DNA of 63,224 bases, the filler included, from Reticulomyxa filosa (lineage: Eukaryota; Protista; Foraminifera), in assembly GCA_000512085.1 (NCBI GenBank). It is 14 parts of 14 records of this genome, joined end to end, with 100 filler letters (N's around TTAATTAATTAA, not from the genome) between each part and the next. Parts side by side here need not be neighbours in the genome. Positions count along the whole stretch, not along the records: positions 1 to 1,316 come from ASPP01001499.1; positions 1,417 to 9,764 come from ASPP01009225.1; positions 9,865 to 10,864 come from ASPP01037264.1; positions 10,965 to 13,029 come from ASPP01007775.1; 10 more parts are not named here. The stretch is one strand, 5' to 3'. The notes under the pieces were generated by a model. That model searched no databases. It worked only from the letters and a program-made list of their open reading frames with translations, and had not been told where the DNA came from. Both the position numbers and the translations under genes were made by a program. Of this stretch, positions 1-13,129 are shown piece after piece. Numbering within the stretch: the stretch's first letter is position 1; each line of letters begins with the position of its first letter.

Positions 1-38
<38 letters not shown>

Positions 39-100
39 GTTCTTCAAGTATGCGTATTCTCGGTGCAGGGAGGGATTTAGAAAAAAAAAAAAAAAAAAAC

Positions 101-993
101 GGACCAACGGTAATAAGAAAAGCAAATAGGATCATAAATAGCTTTCTTCCCGGCATGGCGCCACCACAAGGATTTCTGGCACGTGTGAGACGATCACTCC
201 ACTGGGCAAAGATCGGGAGCAGCCACAAGTCGAGGAGAAGCGGGAAGGCGGTGGCGATGGACGTGAGCCAATAGGGACAGCCCAAAGCGAGCAAATAAGG
301 CACCATAAGACATTGTGCCAAAGACCATATGGCTTCACTGGGTATAGCGCCGACGCTGGCGCCAAACAGCAAACGTTGATTGGAATTGAAATAGCAAGAG
401 AACAACAGTGATTTCATTGATGACACTGTATTATTGTTTCCTCTCTCTTGTGCTTGTGGCTGCTGTGACGTGTGCGTAGTTTGTTGGTCTTGCAAAGTTG
501 TCACTGCTACTGCTCTTGCTGTTCTTGTTGTTCTTGCTGTTCTTGCTGTTGATGTGGCCGGGGACTTGTTATTGCTCGGACCGAGAAGAGTTATCTTTTC
601 TGCACTGCCCACTGTCTTGTCTTGCTGCTGGCCCAAGTTCGATACAAGCAACAGTCCACTTGCATTGGCCCCATTGACTGATGGGTTACTCCTTTCCATA
701 AACGATTTCGAACGAGATAGCAATGGGGTTGTTTCGGTCGCGTTTTTTTGTTCGTTTGATTCATTCGTTGTGTGAGAAGCTGGCTTGGCTTCCCATAAGT
801 TTGATATGTCTTGCTTCTTCAGCAAGTGGTATTTATGTGAATAGCGTGAGTACAAATCATCTGTGTTAATTTTGTTGATTTTTTTCGGGGGAACGTCGAA
901 AGGCTTTGTTGCTGACACGCGAGGCACGTTACGTTGCGCCACTGATTCCTGGTAAATTGAAGATATATTACTGAAACTTTCAAATTGCGACAT
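101..993 (-). CDS. SLC45/sucrose-H+ symporter-like (GPH/MFS) transporter, first exon, 3'-partial
   Basis: Manual translation, absent from the ORF track. ATG 993 MSQFESF, long S/T/Q-rich N-tail, then AIPSEAIWSLAQCLMVPYLLALGCPYWLTSIATAFPLLLDLWLLPIFAQWSDR...GRKLFMIL, matching the family pattern E-x-x-W-x-x-Q..PY..LG..P..SDR..GRRxF. Donor GTTTTT at 100. Confidence 0.7.
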
Positions 994-1316
994 TATCCAT
1001 TTTTAAATGCGTCATGTTGCAAAATTAAGTGAAAGGTTTCAGTTCCAACTTCATATCATACAGTGATGGAAAAGTACATAGTTTTGGGGCGTGTAGTTTC
1101 CGTCTGTTTTTTCCTTTCTTCCTCTTTCCATATGCCATTAGTGGTTGCGTTGAAGCGCTTCAAAAGTTTTTATATTCACCTATTGATACACCTAATGCTG
1201 TTGATGCAGCTCGTGCACTATTGATGATACAAAACCTTCGTCTCTTTTATATCCATTGAGGATTTACATCCTGATTCCAAAAAATACAACAACTACAACA
1301 GAAAGAAGGTCCAAAC

Positions 1317-1416
1317 NNNNNNNNNNNNNNNNNNNNNNNNNNNNNNNNNNNNNNNNNNNNTTAATTAATTAANNNNNNNNNNNNNNNNNNNNNNNNNNNN
1401 NNNNNNNNNNNNNNNN
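1317..1416. other. Artificial contig-joining spacer (first of 13)
   Basis: N44-TTAATTAATTAA-N44, which has stops in all six frames. Identical copies at 9765-9864, 10865-10964, 13030-13129, 20727-20826, 22190-22289, 24016-24115, 26065-26164, 44150-44249, 49646-49745, 53105-53204, 55726-55825 and 57246-57345. Confidence 0.98.
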
Positions 1417-4400
1417 AGAGATTTCTTTTGTGAGTCGACGGGAAGTGGTACCACCGGAACAGCTGTTTGCGGCAACGTACAGATCAACCGTCACTGTGTC
1501 GCCAGGACTCTGACCATTGGAATAGACTATATTCATTTTTATTGATTCCGATTATTTATTTGATTAAACTGCTTTGATAAAGCAAACGAAGAGAATATAA
1601 AAAAAAGAGAGACATACAATTATCGGTTTGAGAAAAGACAATACAATCGATGATTGCGTCATTGTTGGCTTGAATAAATTCAGTGGACAGATCGACAGTC
1701 AAAATGATGGAGTGTGTCGAATCTTTCACGATGCAAGTGACTCCCGTGTCGTCGTAGATCTTTTTGCGAGTAAACTGTCCATTTTTATCGGCTGTAAAAA
1801 AAAAGTTGGCTTGATTGGGCAACTTGTCAGTCAAGCTTTTATGTCCCAAATAGCTAAATCCATCCAAGCTATTCGTTTGATAATCGTTGGCCTTGCTCGT
1901 TGTATTGCCAATTGCCGCTTCGACATTCGTAATCAACGCTATTCCCAAACAAACAGAAAGTGTACTTCAAAAAATGAACTTTTTGAAAATTCAACTTGGC
2001 TTACGTAACTAAGAGCCAACAAAGAAGCAGTTTCTACCGATTTGGAGTTATATTCGACGTTGCATTCTTGAGTGTAATTTTGCAAAAATCCAATGACACG
2101 AAATACATAGGTTTGATTCCCTAAAATCGCCTCCACGACCGCTTGGCTTATCCACTCTTTTGCGACTGTAACTGTGTTCAACGTAGAGACGTCATTGATC
2201 AGTTGGCCCACGCTCGTGATTGGCCGCGACACAATGCTTAGCACTATTGACTCCACCGTCGCTGATGCAGTCACCGTAAATGCTCTTTTTTTTATTTTTT
2301 TTTTTTACTTCTTTGTTTATTTGTTTGGAGATTAAAACAAAATTGCGACAAATAAATATACAAACTCGTCGATGGGCTGCGATGTGAGGACATCCCACTG
2401 AGTCAAAATCTCATCGTTTGTTGGATCACTGATATTGGTTAGATTATACACACGGGAAGAAAACACGACCTATTCACACAAATACAAACATATAAATACA
2501 TTATATATGCGTATATATATGTATATATAAGCAAGGATTGTACAAAACTTTAGTTTCCAAACAAGACACAATATCATATCGATTCTTTGCCAAGACAACA
2601 TATGTTTCATTTCCCACAGTAGCAAGGGCTTCAATATTGCTCAACGACTCATTCCATGTGCTCGACAGTAACACATCTATTTTATTATTACTATATTATT
2701 CAAAATTGCGAGAGAGATAGGGGAAAAGAGATAGCGTACCATGGCGCAAGACATTAAACAAGACAGCGCTAGCGGTAGTACAGTTGAAGCTAAATGGAGT
2801 GAATGGTGCCAAAGATGTGGAGCCCGGAACGGAACAAGAAGTCAATAACGGCAAGCTACTCGTTGCAAAATTCCAATAACCAAACACGTATGTTCTAATG
2901 TTATGTAATATTATGCGCTATTGAGCATTGAACAGTATAATCCAAACTTAAATAAGTTACAAATTGTGTATAATGGATTCTAAACAAGTCGGTCGAAGAC
3001 CCTTTGACAGACATCTTGATCCAATACGATTGATCGGGCTGTGCATACCAACTTTGTGAGCGATTATCTGGACAATAAAATGCATGCTTCGTTCGAATCG
3101 ATGGCCATACAAGGTACACATCCAAAATATAGGATGTATCCAACGTTTCAGCCAAGTTGATAAACGTAGTCGTTTCTACATCTGCGTCGGAACTGTTCCA
3201 CACATTGCCAGTCCCCCAAACTCCCCATTTCCATTGAAAGCAATTCGCACACGACACAGTCGGTTGAATGGCACATGAGTTGTTGACCACCACTTTAAAT
3301 TGAAACTCAATATCCGCATAAGGGTCTAGAAGTTTCCATTCCCATTCTTGCAGTACTTTATTTCCGACACGAATTTGCACCAGCTCTACTTCTATTCCAG
3401 TTCCCACATCTTTTGTGGTGACTGTTGCTGTCGGAGCTGCTGTTGATGCTATTGTCACGACAATACACTATCGAAAAATGGAACTTGAACAAAAAAGAGA
3501 GAAAAAAAATTGAACTCGTGGAAGTAAACATGTTGAAAGGACTACTTGTGGGAGCAAGAGATAGAGACGATGTTGAGAAATTGCTCTGCGTCGTTTTTGT
3601 CGGTGTTTCTGTGGACGTTGTGATATTGGTTGGTTCTTTGGTTGGTCTTGTGGTTCTAGTTGGACTATTGGTTGTATTTTTTGTTTTAGTTGGATTTTTT
3701 GTTGGGTTTTTCGTTGGAATTTTAGTTGAGTTATCGATTGGGTTTTTCGTTGGATTTTTCGTTGGATTTTTCGTTGGAATTTTTGTTGAATTATTGGTTG
3801 GGTTTTTGGTTGATGGATTTTTGGTTGGAATTTTGGTTGGATTTTTGGTTGGAATTTTAGTTGAATTATTAGTTGGGTTTTTCGTTGGAATTTTAGTTGA
3901 TGGATTTTTGGTTGGGTTTTTCGTTGGGATTTTAGTTGACGGATTTTTGGTTGGGTTTTTCGTTGGAATTTTGGTTGATGGATTTTTGGTTGGAATGTTA
4001 GTTGGTGAAATTTTGGTTGGAATGTCAGTTGGTGCAATTTTAGTTGATTCAGTCTTGGTCGGCGATGTGGTGTCGGAAAAATTCGTCGGAGAAGGTGGAG
4101 TTGGGTCAACTGTTGGTATTATATCTTTTGATGGAGGGCTACTTGGATAATTCGTGGGCGGACTTATTGTACTATTCATAATAGCCGGATGACTTGTGGC
4201 AGTTCCAATGGTCATGTTAGTGGCGTTGAGGGAAGATGGAGGTCGAAATATAGGTCGAGGCGTGGGGCGTGACATGTTGTAAGCGCTTGAATTATACCTT
4301 GTCACCTGTGTGGCAGCAGTTGGACCTGAAGTCGTCGAGGATGAATCCACAAGTCGTCGTTGGCGTTGTCGATCCTCCACTCCCTTTGCTTCGTCTATTG

Positions 4401-5676
4401 AATCATTAATTAAACCACGCACGCATCCATTTCTTTGTTTTTGTTTAGTATTTTTTTTTCAAGTACCTAAATCAGGCAAGTCTTCACAGGACAAACATCG
4501 CCACGTGTTTGAGGAGGCAGCATGTTCGAATTCACACACATGTTCGTATTTTGAACCACAGCGCTGTAATAAAGCAAGATCATGAAACAAAACATACATG
4601 TATTATATATTTGTACACAAATGGGGAGCAAGACAAAAAAAAAAAGCCACTAAAAATGAAAAAGTGTCCATTGCTATTTTGTATGCCAAGGCTTTGATCT
4701 CGTTCCCATCTTACAGTGTTTATCAAAGTAAGTAAAAAATTGGCTTAGTCATGTTGTTTTTTTTTTGTTCTGACCTACTTCCTCGTGATCACAAATATGA
4801 GGATGCACGCACAAAATGGGAACAGCCAGAAATGAGTGTGAAAGAATAGGAATCAATGGCACACTAAAAAATAAAAAGTTACACAACAGACCATTGTGAG
4901 GTGATGGCAAGCCTTGAGATCTTTGCAGTGGAGATTAATACTAGAGATACCGCCAATGCCCCATAGTGTAAGGTTCTATTTCAAAATCACGTGCAAATAA
5001 AGTTTTTTTTGTATATGCTTTGACCTTAAACATGGAATGAACGGGTCCCATGATGACACACAAACAAAAAAAAAAAAATTGAAAAATACAAAGCCCAAAA
5101 ATAAACTTGACAGGTCGGCCCACGGCCAGCGCCTTCGCATTCTATATTGCAATGGGAAGACATTCGAGGACAATGGATTTCACTATTTGCGCATGCAAAA
5201 TGGGTCAAGCAGGCAATCGATATATCTTTGCTCAACTCGGACCTTACTTCATTGTTGAAACAGCTATGTTCAGCTAAACACAAGACTGTCAACGAATCAT
5301 TTTGGCCGGTGAACAACTTCATTGAGTGAGCAGCGTTTTTAGCTTCACTGGAAATTGTTATCTCTCGCCTCTGGTAGCTATGTGTGTCTATTTTTGCTTG
5401 TTTTTCTTCATCTGTCCAATCACCAATAGTCAATCCATAACCGCTCCATTCACCTTTCAACGTGATTTTCACCTGCAAAACTTTTTGTGAAAACGTATAA
5501 TGCAAATTGCTGCAACTGAAAGGCTCACTACAAACCAGCTCACATCTTTCCTCGTCGCAGGTCAAGTTTTTACCGGAACATTGCCAGCGTTCTTTACATT
5601 CCACTACTGATTTGACAACGCTGCTGGCAAGACTAATCCGAAAAAATAATACAATAAAAGACAACACTAAAATCAT
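1417..5676 (-). CDS. Large multi-exon secreted/cell-surface protein: signal peptide, Cys-rich domain, Thr/Pro-rich mucin stalk, possible REJ-like region; 3'-partial
   Basis: MILVLSFIVLFFRISLA signal peptide at 5676. Exons join plausibly (GPTCQ|NLTLWGIGG..., WRCLSCEDLPDL|..GCVRGLINDS), followed by ORF pieces 3358-4422, 2901-3458, 1939-2274 and 1556-1948 on the same strand. Confidence 0.65.
3560..4110 (-). repeat. Coding tandem repeat of (P/S)TK(N/I) tetrapeptides
   Basis: Degenerate 12-nt units encoding PTKN/PTKI/STKI, with higher-order units such as NPSTKIPTKNPTK. Confidence 0.9.
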
Positions 5677-6057
5677 TCTAGCAGCGTGCTTGTTGTTACT
5701 TTGTTTTACCGGTCACCCTTTTGCCATAAAGGCTTTTTGAAATAGACTTTGCATATTTTTTTTTTAACGTTTGGAAACGGGCCATCAACACCTTGTGTTT
5801 TTCGTGAAGAGTGATGGAGAGAGTAGCAGAAAGTTGTTTGTCTCACAGTCCCTTCTGAAATATGTTTGACGACAGGTACTTCTGGACAGCAGTGAGTTAT
5901 CAAAAATATAATCGTTTCGTTTAAATAAGTTTTGAAAATTAGGAACACCATAACAAAAAATATTCTCCAAACACTAACAAGCAATGACGACAGATCTTTT
6001 GACAATTTGAGCAGAAACAAAATATCCACAAACAATCCCCAGACCACGATTTGTTGA

Positions 6058-9000
6058 TTATTGTTTGGTGATAGTGGGAACGGGGTTGAGTGTCTTTTGT
6101 CCGTGTCGATTTAGCTCAGTACTCAAAAACTCTAAATGTTCTCGTAAGGTCGCGCTAGTATTGACAAGGTGCTGTTCATTCAGTAGTTTCTGATAGGTTA
6201 TGAACGTAAGATTTTTCATTACTCGATAGCTTTCGCTTGACTTTTGAATTTTTTCTTGTGCCTCTTTCCGAGTGCTTTCAATCATTTCTCGTAATTGTTG
6301 TCGTCTTTGTCGACCTTCTTCTTGTGCCTTTTGCAGCATTGCTATTTCTTCATCTAAACATTGTTAATATCCCACCATTTTGTTAAATTTTTTTTTTTTT
6401 TTTGATACCATCAAGTGAATACATCACCTAAATAAATAAATAATTAAAAGAACCTTTGGCTTGGCACACGCTTTGATATTGCTTCACTTGTTTCTCTGCT
6501 TCCATCCTTTGTTTCAGTTCATTGCAATTGTCCTCTTTGAATTGTTGCGTGTCATGAACATTCGAGTTGTTGCTTTGCTGCTTCACATCTTCATGCACCC
6601 CTCGTAAGCCGCTGCATTCAGCTTGAAGCTGGGCGATCTTATTTTTCGAAGCGCTCAATTGCTTTTGGAGGGCTTCTTTGCTCAAAATCAACTGTTCATT
6701 TTCACGTGTGACTTGCGTCCATCGCAAATGTTCATTCTTCAATTTCTCTTCGAGTGTCGCTAATGCCTGCTTACCTTCTTCACTTGCGTGCTTTTTGCCA
6801 TGTTTGGTTTCAACAAAAGGACGCCAACAATGTTATGTACATATACATACATATGTACATATACATATATGTATATATCTATGTGTATGTATATATAAAC
6901 AAACTTGGTAAAATAAAATCTTTTGTTGTGATTTTGCAAGTCTTTTTGGCAAGCATCATATTCCATCATCAGATTGTCTTTCATTGCTTTCAATTCGGAA
7001 TATTTTTCTTGATTCATTAAATTGGCTTGTGATGGAGAGCGTGCTCCTCTGTCTCTCTCTTTCAATTGTTCATCTTTTTGTTTCAATTCTATTTGCAGCA
7101 TTCTTTTTTTTTTTTTTTTTTTTTTTTGTAAGTGCAACTTTTTAGTGGTCCCCCTTTTTTTTTTTTTGTGTTGCTAAAAAATAATAAACTGCTCTTTCTT
7201 TTGCCAGATGGTCCAACTCATCCTTGAGCGAGTTAAACTTGAGTTGAAAATCTTTTTCTTTTTGTTGTCCGAGCTGTTTGAATTGCACAAGTTTCTGTTC
7301 GGTGATTTCGCAGCAGGCCTGCATTTGCTTGATCTTTTCAACCAAAGATTCGCATTCTTGTTGTTTTTGTCCGAGCAAATGGGTCAACTCTTTCAGCTGT
7401 TCATTTTGAAAGCGTTCATCGGCCTCTTTGATTTCGTTCATTTGTGAGTAGTCTTCGCGGAGCCGTTGAAAGCGTCGATCGTGTTCCTCGATCTCGTACA
7501 CGAGTAATTGCATCGCTTTCTTTTGGCGTTTCATTATGCGCAGTTGTCCATCCAATCGCGGCAAATTCTTTTTTGCAAAGCGTTCACGTTCCGACACTTC
7601 GTCTGCGAGTTTGTCCAATCGGGCTTGTTCTTTCGCTAAACTTTCTCGTTTTGTATTCAATCTAATCCGAACACACAATGTATATTCGATCGACTGAAGA
7701 CAATCATAATATATATATATATATGTATATATATGTATATATATGTATATGTTATAGTGCAAAAGGATAGGATATAACTCATAAATCAATTTGTCACTCA
7801 TAACCATTTGAGTAGAAACCCTTTGACGCCGGACAACAGCAGTGTCCGTAACGACATTGCCGATGAGATCGTGCACAATTGACCGACATATGGTTTCTCC
7901 GATTGACCTTTTCATCTCTTCTTTGACGCATTTGCGTATTTCAATCTCCTTTTCTCTCACCGTTTTGGTCAGTAGTGTGTTCCACTGTTCACTTCGCTGC
8001 TCTAATTGATACGTCTTCTCCACGAGCTTTGCCACACAAGTGTGCAGTAGTTCATCCAAGTCGACATTTGGTTTGCAGTCTAACACATGCACACATACAT
8101 ACAAACAGGTCAAAGATGATACATTGGTTGTGTGCATGTTTCTTCTCTCATTGCTTGTTATGTGTGTATTAAAAACCTTCGACGTGATAACAAAAATTCT
8201 GAAATAACGATTCCAATTCTTGACTGCGAAGCAACACGTCATGGTACAGGCGCTTATATTCCGTAATCTTTTCATCTGTTTCTCTGCTTTGTTCGTGATA
8301 TAAACGGCCTTTTCTCGACAGCTCCTCCTTTCATTCAAACAAAAAATAAATACATAAAAGTATATATGTATATATATATATATATATACATATATAAACA
8401 CAATTTTAAAAACTTGAAATTGATTGTGTTTCATTTGAATGTCATTATGCTCTTGACTCAATAATTGATACTTGTCACGAATAGTGGACAAGTCAAGCAG
8501 CTGTTGATTCAATTGTTGCAACGTGTCGATATTTTCTTGCTCTCTCATTCTGTAGTTGTTCAGTTGCAACTTCAGACTCGTCACTTCGTCTTCGCACACA
8601 ACGTGTTTGGCTGTGTGTTCTGCCATTTGCTGATCGTATGCTTTCAGCTGCTCTTTCAACTTCTCGTTGTAATCCACCAACTCTTTGTTCGACGTTTTCA
8701 ACAATATGTTTTCTTTCGTAATACTGTTCAACATCATTTCTTTTTCATTTCTCACCTGGCCCAACTCCTCCGTTTTCTTTTTTAATTCCGTTGCTATATC
8801 TTCCGTATTCATCTCACACATGTCTATTCTTTCTTTGTCTTCAACTCTTTCCGAATTTTTTTCTTCTGCCATTTTTTCCTCATATTTTTTCTGCAATTTT
8901 CCATATCTTGACCGCTTTTATATTATTATTATTATTATTACTAATATATATACATAAATATATGTATATCTTTTTGTGTCGACTTTTAACCATTGTTCTA

Positions 9001-9690
9001 AGCTGATTGGATCGGACAGCAAATTTTCTCGACTGTTCCTCAAATGCTCTTTCGTATTGCGTCAATTTGTTTTTAAGTGTTCGTTTAATTCGGCGTAGTG
9101 CATGGCGACCTCCTCAGCGTTGTCCAATCGCTTTTGTGTCGCGTTGCTGTTCGGCGTTCCATTGGCATCCACGCCTCCCAACAGTTGTTGCATTCGGAGA
9201 TTTCCACAAGAGCCATTGCCTAACACATTCGTCATCGTTGCATTTACATTTACATTTGCATTGGCTACCGTTGTTTGGTCTTTCTCTGTTGCCAATGGCG
9301 ATGAAGCATCATTTCCATTGGCTATTCTCATTCATCCAAAAGAATAATACACGTATAACACCATTTTAAAAAAAAAAAAAAAAAGCAATAGAAATTACCT
9401 TGTGGACTGAAATTGAAGAAATTTTTGGTGGGCAAAGGCGATAAAATTTCAGTTGGAGCCTTTAATCAAAGAAAAAAAAAACGGGAAAACATGTATCGCC
9501 TTTGTCAAATTGGAAAGAGCAACTCAACTCGTGACAAAGCGTCAACCCCAGCAAAGGCCCTGGATAAAGAGTAAGTCCCCGCAAATCCTGCGTTTTCGCG
9601 ACTTTGTGTCTCCGATTCTGCCTTCTTCTTTTTTACATGGCCGCCACCTGTGGTCGCTGAAGCCGGATTTGCATCAACACTTGTTTATAC
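6058..9690 (-). CDS. Multi-exon long coiled-coil protein, 5'-partial
   Basis: E/K/Q/L-rich heptad segments in ORFs 9062-9331, 8880-9065, 7142-8896, 6760-7137, 6428-6742 and 6058-6339, interrupted by (TA)n/poly-A introns read through in frame. Confidence 0.7.
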
Positions 9691-10499
9691 ATACATTACA
9701 TATATATACATATATATATATATATATATGCATATGCATATATAAATATACATATACACATATANNNNNNNNNNNNNNNNNNNNNNNNNNNNNNNNNNNN
9801 NNNNNNNNTTAATTAATTAANNNNNNNNNNNNNNNNNNNNNNNNNNNNNNNNNNNNNNNNNNNNCGCTCCATTTTAACAACTTAAATATCCCCAAATTGT
9901 GTGTTATCACAAAGTACCTTTTCCACCATTTGTCCAATAGCAAATCTGTTTTCATCCTAAACAAAAGCTGTGGTGGCTTTTACATTTTCGGTTTGTTTAT
10001 AAAACCTTTCGATACAATACAATCAATTCAACTCAGTTTGTTTACGTTCGCGAGAATACTCGCTTTCATCATGTTCCCATTTGTCACACAAAACTTCTCA
10101 CATGTTGGAAAGGATAGGGGGTCTTTGAACCAACACAAGAATATTGTTCGAGAAAAAAAGGAAAGATTTAGACATTTGCACTTCTTGGCGAGGTTGGGGT
10201 TCTTTGGTGCTGGCGTTGGATATACGATCACGCCATTTCAATTCTTGATTTTAAATGACTCTAATGTCATTTATCTCAAAGTTGGCCGATACAATATCAA
10301 TTAATAATACAAGGCCACTTTCAACTTGTACAACCAGACCAGCCACTACAAAATCGACAACCACTGACCAAGACAAATATCACACTAACAATTACACAAA
10401 TCGCGAATAAAAATATGGACTCCAAAACTCGTGATCAATCATCAGACTTTGCAAAAATAAAGAGTAGTGTGAATTTCAGTTAATTTCGATTTACATTTC

Positions 10500-10864
10500 T
10501 TTCTATTAAAAAAATAGATAAATAGGAAAAAGGTTGATAGAAGTATGAACAAAAAAATTCGATAATGATATAACATATTTTAATTTCATGTGTGTACATA
10601 TATGTGCAATATATAACAGATAATGGCGATACAAATGGCCAATACAAGATAAGAACAAGAGATAGAATTGGTGGCGCTTTTGGTATTGTGGCAAGTGCCA
10701 AGAATTATGGCCTGGATAATTTCAAGATCATGACAGCGACTGCCTTATAATAAGCATGTGTGAATGTGATGCAATATCCATTATACACTGATGTCCAGGT
10801 GATTGTAATTATTGGCCAATGGGAGCAATCGAAAAAAGTGGTTGTAAGATAGTAGTTGGTTTGT
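10500..10864 (-). mobile_element. Degenerate 3' end of a non-LTR retrotransposon ORF2 (CCHC zinc-knuckle region)
   Basis: Across frameshifts it reads GH..NGY.HHIH...RCHDLEII.H.FL..PQYQKR, like the TGH..LN.YLH.I...C..C..E...HFL..CP.Y..R motif of LINE-type ORF2. Confidence 0.45.
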
Positions 10865-10964
10865 NNNNNNNNNNNNNNNNNNNNNNNNNNNNNNNNNNNN
10901 NNNNNNNNTTAATTAATTAANNNNNNNNNNNNNNNNNNNNNNNNNNNNNNNNNNNNNNNNNNNN

Positions 10965-11450
10965 GTGGCTTGTGCTTAACTTGTCATCTTCTTCGTTTTG
11001 CCCACGGAGATCGTCTAACTTGCTCTTGAGTCTCTTTTTTGTTGCAGTAGCTTTTATGTCTGCCGCTTTTGAAAATATCCTCCCAATCTGTTTGTTCCAA
11101 GTTCAGAACATCATTCATTGTCAAACAATCTTGTGTTTCGGTCAATTCAGTCCACAGTTTCTTTGCAGCCTCTTCTTTGATTTCCACCGATGTTATTAAA
11201 AATGAAAGTATTTCAGGTATTCCATTTTCATTTGCTGTCATAGTCTTCCACCTCACTGATTTTTTTTCCTTTGACTTCGCAAAATTAATATCCACCGCTT
11301 TATTGCATAGTTTTTTTGTTTAATTATTTTCCCACTGTTTTTTAGTATATTATTTGCGACATACTGGTCCAAGATTTTTTGGAAATTCGCGAAACTTATT
11401 TTCGCGTGCCATGCTACACTTAATTTGTGCAAATACACTTTACGCAATTA
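10965..11450 (-). pseudogene. Disrupted coding fragment with a SAM-like helical segment
   Basis: Overlapping frames 11253-11447 and 10984-11295. AKKLWTELTETQDCLTMNDVLNLEQTDWEDIF resembles the SAM core. Confidence 0.3.
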
Positions 11451-13129
11451 CACAAACAACTTTCAACATAGTCTTAACTCATTTCGTGTTTGTGAAAACT
11501 TATCAAAAGAAAAATAATATCGAAACAAATTAAATTGTAATTTGTAATTGAAAAAAAAAACACAGCTCAATAAATTCTGTTAATATACTAAATTTAGATG
11601 TTTCTATTAGTCAATATTGGTTTTGTTCGATTTTGTTTTGTTTTAAATGTGACATACATGTAGTCACAAGGTCTAATATAAAATGGCACATTATAATGAT
11701 TATCAATTTTCTATTTGAAAAATTTTACAAATCTTTGTTTCAAAGCGATTTTTTTCTACAATTTTTTACAATTACTAACTTTTTTATATTCTTATTATTA
11801 ACTTATTTTTAAAAAGTTTGCCATTCGTTTTGGTTGCTTGTTTTTATAATGTTTAGTTTATCAATATAACTTGAAAAATTTTAAAATCATTAATTTCTTA
11901 AAAAAGTAATTAAAAAGTTGAAATTAACAAAAAGATATTAGAAAAAATGAAATGTATTTTAAAATACATAACAGTTTGTATATATTTTTAAAAGTGCTTA
12001 TTTTTCTTCGTATATTTGTTTTGATATTAAAACTTTTAATTGTTTATCCATTATTACATAATTCTTGATATATCATAATCGAACAATTTTTTTCATTATT
12101 TCGATTATCTTTGATATTACTGTAATTGCACTTATTGTTTTCGTCACAATAGTATATAAATTGTATTTATCATTAATTGTGTCAATTTATATGTTTACTC
12201 AATATAAATTGAATCACTATATATTTGTGAATATCATGCAAGAATTTCTTTCAAGTTTGCAACTACATTTTGTAGTTATTGGAACATTTCTTTTCTTTTC
12301 GTTCAAACATTTTAGTACTCATAATCAATTTACTTTATATCTTTATCGTTATAATTGTTTAGTAAATATTAAAAAATTAACTTATTGACAACTTAATAAT
12401 ATATTTAGTTTAATATATAATTGTAATCATATTTTTATTCAGCATGTTAACAAACAATACATCATATGCTTTTTTTAATGTTGTTGACATATCAACTTAT
12501 ATGATACTATAAGTTTAAATGAAAAAATTTCAACAATTTAACAAAAAGAATAATGTTAAATGACAAACAACATATAAACTTAAATTATACCTTGTTAATG
12601 TCATTTTACATTGGCTTTGCACGTTCAAATTTTCCTTTGTGAAATATATCTTTTTTACAAATGTAGCACGAACAATCACAACTACTTGTATGAACCAATC
12701 AGACATTATCGTCAGTTTCGGAATATTTCTGTAACGGAAAATAAAGAATTTTTTTGTAGCACCAAAAAATACTTTTTTATAGGTTTTTTGTTTTCAATTA
12801 AACATGGCCGGTGATTGTTTTAAGATTATAACTTATTAAAGTGGTTTTTCCATCAAAAATATGCAGAATTTTACAATTGTCATTACTTAAACACTTACAA
12901 ATATTGTGTGCAAATAAATCTTTTCAGCTAATTTTTTTTTCGAACATTAAAAAAATGAGTTGTGAAACAAGAAGACAATTTTTAAACAAGAAAGAAGGTA
13001 TCTCTTCAGCCAAATCCCCAAAAAAAAAANNNNNNNNNNNNNNNNNNNNNNNNNNNNNNNNNNNNNNNNNNNNTTAATTAATTAANNNNNNNNNNNNNNN
13101 NNNNNNNNNNNNNNNNNNNNNNNNNNNNN

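Noticed and set aside
1361-1372. Recurring palindrome TTAATTAATTAA as a biological repeat or CRISPR-like element
   Set aside because: It is always centred in N44 blocks and is an artificial six-frame-stop linker.
3425-4150. 241-aa hydrophobic GFLV/GILV repeat ORF on the + strand (and 3468-4109 QPK frame on -)
   Set aside because: These are antisense and alternate-frame shadows of the PTKN repeat.
7142-8896. YIYIYI / FFFF / KKKK segments in ORF-track proteins as real domains
   Set aside because: They are translations of (TA)n and homopolymer introns read through in frame.
9060-9075. Apparent programmed frameshift in the coiled-coil gene (HLKTN* versus KLTQYERAF)
   Set aside because: One extra A in an A-run restores the frame, so it is most likely a homopolymer sequencing error. 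A similar case occurs in MAK16 near 42005.
9865-10300. Coding-like remnant on the minus strand
   Set aside because: All frames have multiple stops and there is no identifiable motif.
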